Assembly (NCBI RefSeq): GCF_003231495.1
Contig: NZ_PQWO01000001.1
Span: 489,308-553,307 of the forward strand
Direction of reading: 5' to 3'
From: Acaryochloris thomasi RCC1774
GTDB taxonomy: Bacteria; Cyanobacteriota; Cyanobacteriia; Thermosynechococcales; Thermosynechococcaceae
Length of the DNA stretch: 64,000 bases
In this document: one piece after another, positions 57,581-64,000 of the stretch
Layout: every line of letters starts with the position of its first letter
Numbering within the stretch: the first letter of the stretch is position 1
Notes under the pieces: generated by a model
Told to the model about the DNA's origin: nothing
The model's input: only the letters and a program-made list of their open reading frames with translations
Databases searched by the model: none
Position numbers and translations under genes: made by a program

Positions 57581-58606
57581 ATGATGGATCTAACGTTTTT
57601 AATACAGAAGGCGGGCGACCGAGAATGGTTGCCTTTAGAATCTCCTACCGTTGAAGTGTTGGAGGGAAGATATCATTTAATAGCCCATGCGACTCAACTT
57701 GATCAGCCCCTAGATATTCAGATTCGCCATCGTTATGAAAACAACGGTGTTCTCCAGGAAGAGCGTCAACAGCATCGGCAGAAACCCGACGTCCATGGCA
57801 ATCTGAGCCTTTTACCAGATGCTTACTTGGGACATGGTCTTTGGACTTTAACCTGTACCTTTTTGGCGGACCAGACTAACGAGTACAGTCAGTCTATTAA
57901 TCTTCAAGTGCTGGCAGAGGACTGTGATGCGATATCTGATTGGGAGTTTGTGGAAGCCACTCAAAATAGCTGGCCGCAGGTGCAAGAGATAGACGCTACT
58001 GTCATGAGTGAGATTGCCAACCAGATTAATGCAGAAAAGAATTTCGTGGCTACCGGTGCAACAAAAAACGTTGGGTCACAAGCTGCTGACTGTGATCTGA
58101 TAGATGTAGCGGACATTGTGCAAAGTGATATGGAGGAGAAGAGTAATGTTTCTTTCTCTATAGATTATTGCGAGGCAAGCCTCGTCGATACCCATCATTT
58201 CCCTGCGATGGAGATAGACGAGGTCTCTGAACACCAGGACTTAGACGCTGTGAGTTTACCTGTTCTACCTCGGCAAAAACAGACTATTCAGTGTCAGCCG
58301 TCTCAAGGGACAACATTGCCGCCTCAGCTTTCTGCACATCAGATTACAGAACAGGACAAACGACCTTTAGACCTACCGGCATTCCCACGCGATGTTCATT
58401 GGCGCTATATTCCCCTCAATAAGCTATCGGTGGGTATGCATCACAGGCAATTGATTCATCAAGCTCACTGCAACGACATTGAGCAAGCGTTTACAGCCCT
58501 AGAGCTTCAGCAACGTTTCTGGCGGACAATGCATCAATTGATTGATCCTAGGGCTGCTCAAACTAACTCTGAGCCTGTATCTGTGTTCACGCGCACGGCT
58601 GACTAA
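57581..58606 (+). CDS. Hypothetical protein
   Basis: 341-aa ORF with no motif recognised. Confidence 0.35.
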   Translation: MMDLTFLIQKAGDREWLPLESPTVEVLEGRYHLIAHATQLDQPLDIQIRHRYENNGVLQEERQQHRQKPDVHGNLSLLPDAYLGHGLWTLTCTFLADQTNEYSQSINLQVLAEDCDAISDWEFVEATQNSWPQVQEIDATVMSEIANQINAEKNFVATGATKNVGSQAADCDLIDVADIVQSDMEEKSNVSFSIDYCEASLVDTHHFPAMEIDEVSEHQDLDAVSLPVLPRQKQTIQCQPSQGTTLPPQLSAHQITEQDKRPLDLPAFPRDVHWRYIPLNKLSVGMHHRQLIHQAHCNDIEQAFTALELQQRFWRTMHQLIDPRAAQTNSEPVSVFTRTAD

Positions 58607-58969
58607 ATTGACATGAAGGTATGGCTCACTAGTTTTATTGTGCTGTTGGCTTTGGTTGAAAGCAGTAAGTGGCTTCAGCAGATTGCACTGCCTTGGCCAG
58701 CCCTACTAATAGGAGGAGCGGCGTTAGCCGTAATCTCTAACGGGTCTGTTTTATTCACTCAGTCTGATCTCATGCTGCGGTCGATGCCTGAAAAGATGAT
58801 TGAGAAGAAACGCTCTGCATCGGAGTAAGAAGATCTGTGAACAGCAGGGCAGATAGCAAGCTTGTGCTTGCTTTCCAGTCTTCTAAAATTGGCAAACTGT
58901 GAAGACTGCGAAGTTTTTGATAAGAACAAAGCGAAGAAGAACTAGATAGAGCTAGGCCTGTCTTCTTTG

Positions 58970-59563
58970 TTAGCGTCCCATTTTCCGTTTTAATTGATCG
59001 AGTTCATCATCCATTTCCCAGCGCTGGAACTGCTCTTCTAGAGGGTCGGAGGCTCCTCCGGAGGACGTTTTCTGATACCAGCCGGTCGTCTGGGCGGTGC
59101 GGGCGGTTTGCTGTTTAGGTGCCTGACGAATCTTCGCCTGAACTTCTTGCCGGCGGACCTGAATTTTTTGATGAAGCTCTTTGGTTTGAGCAACGCGCTC
59201 TTTGATAATTTCAAGCTGCCCCCACTGCTGGTTGCCCTGGCGCAGGAGTGCAGCTTCTCGCTGCTCCGCTGCCGTTGCTAAATCTTTGCGACCAGCCTGC
59301 TGTGCTTTTTTGATACGCTGATGCCAGCGCTGAATTTCATTGGCCGTCTCTAGAATGGCTTTTTGCTGCTGTTGTTCTTCGGCCTGAAGTTGGGCCAGTA
59401 GTTTTGCGGTATCTGCGGCTTGATCACGAAGCTTATCATCAAGAACCTGTAGCTCTAAATGAGGATGGGCACGTAGATATTCCTCAAGGCGCTCTTCTAG
59501 GAAGCGGCTAACATCGTCGAATACACTCATCGGGCAATTTCCATCAAGATTGATTGGTCCCAC
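58970..59563 (-). CDS. Hypothetical coiled-coil protein (Q/E/K/R-rich)
   Basis: Heptad-like charged repeats throughout and a C-terminus ending DPLEEQFQRWEMDDELDQLKRKMG. No confident family assignment. Confidence 0.35.
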   Translation of the reverse strand: MGPINLDGNCPMSVFDDVSRFLEERLEEYLRAHPHLELQVLDDKLRDQAADTAKLLAQLQAEEQQQQKAILETANEIQRWHQRIKKAQQAGRKDLATAAEQREAALLRQGNQQWGQLEIIKERVAQTKELHQKIQVRRQEVQAKIRQAPKQQTARTAQTTGWYQKTSSGGASDPLEEQFQRWEMDDELDQLKRKMGR

Positions 59564-59950
59564 TTATTAAAGTGTGTCATATTTCTTTATTCCGACTTCA
59601 ATCTTTGACCGATTCATGCAAAAAAGCCGTTTTGTATCCGTCAATCGTTCATCTATCCGCTCAATAGCGTTGAGGTTTAAAGCCAGACCAATGATGAATA
59701 TCTTCTCATACAGGATGAGAGGTTTCTTACTGCGGCACCACTTCTGTTTCAAGCTGGCTATCTACGGTTAAGGTGTGGAAATCAAAAGGAGATAGCGTAT
59801 AGGCGGCCTTGAGTCGATGTTTAATTTATACATCGATGTATAAATAGGCTGCTCATAGGAACTAGCCATTAGGGGAATACGCTCACGAGTTGCTCACATC
59901 TGTCATAACTAGAGAGGCGCTAACGAACAGTAAGCAAGACTCTACAAAAG

Positions 59951-61489
59951 ATGGTGATTTCAAAAATAAGGCAGCTCATACTGTTGCTTTTCGCGGGTCT
60001 TTTCATCGTCCTGTCTTGGTGGGGCATCTATTCAGCACAGATAGGAGTGACGAGTCGTTCCCTAACGGTTGAGGACATTCCGATGCAGTTGATGACTCCG
60101 CAGACAGCAGGGCAGCATCCTGGTGTCTTAATTGCCCACGGTTTCTCTGGCTCCAAACAGCTGATGCTTGGGTATGCCTATGTGCTGGTTCACAACGGCT
60201 ACGGTGTGCTGCTCTGGGATTTGCCAGGGCACGGGGCCAACACACAGCCCTTTGTCTATGAGTCTCTACAGCATAGTTTTGACGTATCGCTCTCGACCTT
60301 GGAACAACAGCCAGAGATTGATCCTCAGAGACTCGCTGCGTTAGGGCATTCAATGGGTGGGGGGGTTGCCCTAAGGGGCGGCATTGAGCATGGTGATCAG
60401 CTTGATGCGGTGGTGGCGATTTCATCTACTGATGCCCCGGTCACGCCGGAGCTACCTAAAAATTTGAATCTCCAGATTGGTCAGTGGGAATCTTATCTTG
60501 CTCCCTATGCAGAGCGATTGTTGGACCAAGCGGGGGGTGCCAGTCTAGATGTGTCGCAGGGGCGAGGGCGGTCCTTCAAAATTATTCCTGCCGTGGAGCA
60601 TGCCACGATTTTGTTTAGCGATGTCAGCCATCAAGAGTCGCTTAACTGGCTCAACCAAACCTTTGGCTTGACCTCTATGAGTACCTATAAAGATCGACGA
60701 ATGGCTTGGTATGGTTTGCACCTGCTAGGGTGGGTGGTTGCGATCGCATCTGCTCTACCGACAGTCATCAAACCACCTTCCCCTCCCTCAAAATCCTGGG
60801 ATTCCATGCCTTCCCCCGCGTCTCCTGTCCCGGGACCATCACAACCACTCCAGAGAAAAGCGACTGCGGCCCGATGGAGCTGGGGCGGCCTTTTGTTCGC
60901 TCCGGTCATCCCCATCGCATTCCTTAAGCTGCTTAACCGACAAACCCCCATCGATAATTTAGGTGGCTTGCTGATTGGGGGTGCCCTTGGCGTTTGGATG
61001 CTGCTCGCCGGGTTAGTGTGGTTGGGCACGGTCACTGCTGGGGGCCGAGCTGCGATTAGAAAACCCACAATCAAAGATCTGAAGGTGGGTGCGGTTGGCT
61101 TTGCAATGTTGTGGCTGGGGCTGGGGGCCTTGGCACAATGGGTCTGGCTGCCCTGGTTTCTTGTGCCGACTCGGCTGCTCCTGTGGGTTGCGATCTCGGT
61201 CGCCTGCATTCCCTGGTTCCTGGCGTCTAGCCTCGTGCAGCATCAGGCAAAACGGCGACGCCGTCTAGCGTGGTGGCTGGGACAAAGCCTTGTCTTCTTG
61301 GTGGGATTAACCGGCACGATTGCACTGTTGCCTTCTTTGGGATTCTTGGCGATCATGCTGCCTGTTTTCCCGCTTTTGGTCGCTCTGTTTTCACTGGTTA
61401 CTGCTAAGGCTGCCTCACCCTGGGGTGCTTGCCTTGCCTGTGCGCCCATTTTTAGTTGGCTAATTGTGACACCCTTTCCGTTGGTTTAG
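59951..61489 (+). CDS. Membrane protein: N-terminal alpha/beta hydrolase (dienelactone-hydrolase-like) domain fused to a polytopic C-terminal membrane domain
   Basis: N-terminal TM, then HGFSGSKQ and the nucleophile elbow GHSMGGG. About 8 predicted TM helices fill the last 250 aa. Confidence 0.55.
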   Translation: MVISKIRQLILLLFAGLFIVLSWWGIYSAQIGVTSRSLTVEDIPMQLMTPQTAGQHPGVLIAHGFSGSKQLMLGYAYVLVHNGYGVLLWDLPGHGANTQPFVYESLQHSFDVSLSTLEQQPEIDPQRLAALGHSMGGGVALRGGIEHGDQLDAVVAISSTDAPVTPELPKNLNLQIGQWESYLAPYAERLLDQAGGASLDVSQGRGRSFKIIPAVEHATILFSDVSHQESLNWLNQTFGLTSMSTYKDRRMAWYGLHLLGWVVAIASALPTVIKPPSPPSKSWDSMPSPASPVPGPSQPLQRKATAARWSWGGLLFAPVIPIAFLKLLNRQTPIDNLGGLLIGGALGVWMLLAGLVWLGTVTAGGRAAIRKPTIKDLKVGAVGFAMLWLGLGALAQWVWLPWFLVPTRLLLWVAISVACIPWFLASSLVQHQAKRRRRLAWWLGQSLVFLVGLTGTIALLPSLGFLAIMLPVFPLLVALFSLVTAKAASPWGACLACAPIFSWLIVTPFPLV

Positions 61490-61904
61490 ATCCCTCTCAA
61501 CAATCTGAGATCTTGCCTGTCTTGATCTATCTTGGTTTGACTTGTATCGATTACGGTTCCAATTGCGATCGCAATCTTAAATTTTTCTGCTCTCCCTTGC
61601 CATTCAAAAAATGCATTCTAGTCATGCATTACTCAATATTTTTGCCAGTTGAGAGCATTAAGGGGTAATTGAGGATACTAAACTCTGGAGAGAAACTCAG
61701 TACGTTGTGAGAATGATTTAACTTTATCTTTTATCTATTTTTGTAGCCTAAAAGACAAATCTAAAGCATCGAAATATTTGCCCTTAATGCTACTTCAACA
61801 CAACCAAATTTGGCTTTAAATACCCTCATTTTTTGGCTTTACGAAGAAGACTTTTGCCGCGAACTTTCAAGATTAGATACTTGTGAAGCACTTCAGGAGA
61901 CCGA

Positions 61905-63332
61905 TTGCTTATGCTTCAAGTACCGGAAAGCGATCAAGCTGAGACAGAAAAGGAAGCGCAATCCTCTGATCAGCCTCGTCAACTGACCTACACTCAGCTT
62001 GTTTTATGCGCCGCGCTGATTGGTGCCGTCGGTGGTCTCGTCGCCACAATTTATTACTTTGTTCTAGAGTTCATGATGCATGGGATGTGGCACACTACCC
62101 CAGACTTTCTAGAGCCGTATTTCCCGAGCTGGTTGCCGACCCAGAACTATGTGTGGATCGCTACTACCGTGGGCGGCTTTTGCGTCGGTCTAGTCCTCTA
62201 CTTTATGGGTCTACCTGGGGAGATGGCTCAGGTCGTAGACAACATCCACAGCCCCGGCAAGATTGATGTCCGTAAAACCCCGGCGATGATTATTGCCTCT
62301 TTGGTTGCCATCACCTCTGGCGGCAGTGCCGGCCCTGAAGCACCTCTTGTACAGGTGAACGGCAGCTTTGGTAGTTGGCTGGGAGAAAAGCTAAAACTCT
62401 CAGGTGAGTCCGTGCGGGTCCTCACGTTTTGCGGCATGAGTGCGGCCCTCGGTGCTTTTTTCGGTGCCCCCATTGGCGCAGCTTTGTTTGCTTTAGAGAT
62501 TCCCCATCGCAAGGGTCTGGAGTATTACGAAGCGATCGCACCTGCCATCGTCTCGGCCATCCTGTCCTTTGCCGTCTTTCGCATCAATACCGGCATCACC
62601 ATCGGCGGGTTCTACCACTTTGAAACCGTTCCGGCCCTAACGCCAATGAATCTATTTGAAGGATTAGTTTTGGGCGTGATCGGTGCAGGCATAGCCGTAA
62701 TGTTTATCGGGGTCTTTCGCCTCATTGGTCAACTGTTAGAGCCATTAGAGCACTACCGGATTGCCTTAGCCACATTGGGCGGTCTCTCCATTGGCTTAAT
62801 TGCGTTTGCCTTTCCTCAGACGCTATTTTTCAGTGAAGAGCAGATTCATACTGTGATTGAAACCGGCGCAACGCTGGGCATTAGCTTTTTGCTGATGATT
62901 GCTGTCGCCAAAATGTTTGCCATTAGCTTTACGCTGCATTCAGGTTTCCTGGGTGGATTTATCTTCCCGCTGTTTTTTATTGGAGCTAATGTCGGTCTGG
63001 CAATTTCTCTCGCGGTGCCGCAGGTTCATCCCACAGTTGGCATGGTTTGTCTAATGGCGGCGGTGAATGTGGCCGTGACTAAAACGCCAGTAAGCAGCAG
63101 CATTATTCTCAGCGTTTTGTCGGGGACTGCGATGCTGCCGGTGATCGTCATCGCTAGCTTTACGAGCTTTTTACTCACCAGCAAGGTAACGATGATTGGG
63201 ACTCAGCGATCGCGTAGTACAGAAAGTTTGGTCATAAGTGCGATGTCTGCTCAGCCCGATTTGGTTGCAAGCCTGCAGCAGGTTGCCGGTCCGCCGCCCC
63301 CTGCTCTGCGGCTCAACGAGCCACTGAGTTGA
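61905..63332 (+). CDS. ClC-family chloride channel/transporter
   Basis: ClC selectivity motifs GSGGSAGPEAP (GxEGP-like) and GGFIFPLFFIG (GxFxP), with about 10 TM helices. Confidence 0.75.
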   Translation: MLMLQVPESDQAETEKEAQSSDQPRQLTYTQLVLCAALIGAVGGLVATIYYFVLEFMMHGMWHTTPDFLEPYFPSWLPTQNYVWIATTVGGFCVGLVLYFMGLPGEMAQVVDNIHSPGKIDVRKTPAMIIASLVAITSGGSAGPEAPLVQVNGSFGSWLGEKLKLSGESVRVLTFCGMSAALGAFFGAPIGAALFALEIPHRKGLEYYEAIAPAIVSAILSFAVFRINTGITIGGFYHFETVPALTPMNLFEGLVLGVIGAGIAVMFIGVFRLIGQLLEPLEHYRIALATLGGLSIGLIAFAFPQTLFFSEEQIHTVIETGATLGISFLLMIAVAKMFAISFTLHSGFLGGFIFPLFFIGANVGLAISLAVPQVHPTVGMVCLMAAVNVAVTKTPVSSSIILSVLSGTAMLPVIVIASFTSFLLTSKVTMIGTQRSRSTESLVISAMSAQPDLVASLQQVAGPPPPALRLNEPLS

Positions 63333-63960
63333 CTAGGACAAAGCCACGGCTCTTACCTGACGTTGAATCCAAGGTATTGATCGCCTTCCATAACGCCTCT
63401 GCTTCAACCCAGAGGGGTTCATACCTGTAGCGAGCAACATCGAGGATCAAAAATCGATCTGATTCTGCGTTGTAGGCAGCAATTGGCGAGATATGACCGC
63501 CACCTTTTTGCCCAAGGCTGCGCCGCAAATAGTTAACAGCGACGAAGTTCTTGGGTTGTTGAAGGTTTTGCACAACGGAGTTTCGGAACTGATCTAAACT
63601 CACTTCTTGACCATGAAAAACCTGCACATCCAAAGGATAGCTTTGAAACAGTCCTCCAAGCTCCTGTAGAGTCATGCCCTGCTTTTTGATGGTCTCGGGC
63701 TTGATGACGGTGTGAGTGTTCTCGTTTTCAAACACATTCTCTTGCGTGAAAAAGCGATAGGAGACCAATCCTGGAACGGTATGGCTGACAACTTCTGGTG
63801 CATCAACCTCTAAAGCATTGAGAATCATGACGATGGTGGCAACGCCGCAGTAGGCAAGATGATTCTGAGTCAGAAACTCCGAGGACAGCGGTAGATAGTC
63901 CCGTCGAGCTTGACTTGTAAACAACAACTGTTCGCCCGCTTGTGAGTCGAGGTCTACCAA
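63313..63960 (-). CDS. Phytochelatin-synthase-like (C83 papain-fold) protein. The annotated start at 63960 may not be the true N-terminus.
   Basis: Catalytic Cys context LAYCGVATIVMILNAL plus His/Asp-bearing downstream segments typical of the PCS N-domain. The upstream in-frame sequence near the window end was not assessed. Confidence 0.6.
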   Translation of the reverse strand: MVDLDSQAGEQLLFTSQARRDYLPLSSEFLTQNHLAYCGVATIVMILNALEVDAPEVVSHTVPGLVSYRFFTQENVFENENTHTVIKPETIKKQGMTLQELGGLFQSYPLDVQVFHGQEVSLDQFRNSVVQNLQQPKNFVAVNYLRRSLGQKGGGHISPIAAYNAESDRFLILDVARYRYEPLWVEAEALWKAINTLDSTSGKSRGFVLVNSVAR

Positions 63961-64000
63961 AGCTTTCGTTTTAGAGATTTCCTGCGCAGCGCTGGAACCA

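Noticed and set aside
58970-59563. Calling the coiled-coil protein PspA/Vipp1
   Set aside because: The N-terminus does not match the conserved PspA/IM30 start (MGLFDR...). Only a generic charged coiled-coil character is shared.

Overview
This window reads as cyanobacterial chromosome. The HIP1 octamer GCGATCGC recurs throughout (more than 30 copies noted by eye) and GC content is near 50%.

Several housekeeping genes are recognisable:
- thrS (threonyl-tRNA synthetase), gnd (6-phosphogluconate dehydrogenase), tyrA (arogenate dehydrogenase), thiO-like glycine oxidase and tsaC/YrdC.
- ribosomal protein L32 (rpmF), which the ORF track missed because it is 58 aa.
- a Ycf65/PSRP-3-like protein, a Tat-lipoprotein Rieske protein, a PetP-like protein and an ArsA-family ATPase.
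- an OmpR-type response regulator.
- a class-III adenylate cyclase next to an MscS channel carrying a cNMP-binding domain.

Two accessory regions stand out.

1. A roughly 3.9-kb AT-rich islet lies at the 3' end of thrS, bounded by a diverged duplicate of the last ~72 codons of thrS.
   - It carries an HTH–NACHT NTPase (a bacterial NACHT antiphage candidate).
   - It also carries an overlapping MntA/HepT-like nucleotidyltransferase/HEPN pair.

2. A block of about 23 kb (34.7–57.3 kb) encodes RTX-repeat proteins of the type-I-secretion kind.
   - There are two paralogous FG-GAP/VCBS + RTX proteins.
   - There is a 1219-aa protein ordered propeller-like domain, GNAT, TPR, then a GT41 domain very similar to O-GlcNAc transferase, plus a decayed, internally deleted copy of it.
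   - There are two tandem heme-peroxidase–RTX ('peroxicin'-type) paralogs with duplicated upstream blocks, and the tandem peroxidase block ends just upstream of a tRNA-Arg(CCU).

Other things noted:
- an HD-domain ((p)ppGpp-hydrolase-like) gene split by a 257-bp element with 19-bp perfect inverted repeats;
- a small family of GC-homopolymer palindromic repeats around a MenH-like gene;
- an 860-bp AT-rich non-coding gap.

No CRISPR array, rRNA, integrase or transposase gene was seen.
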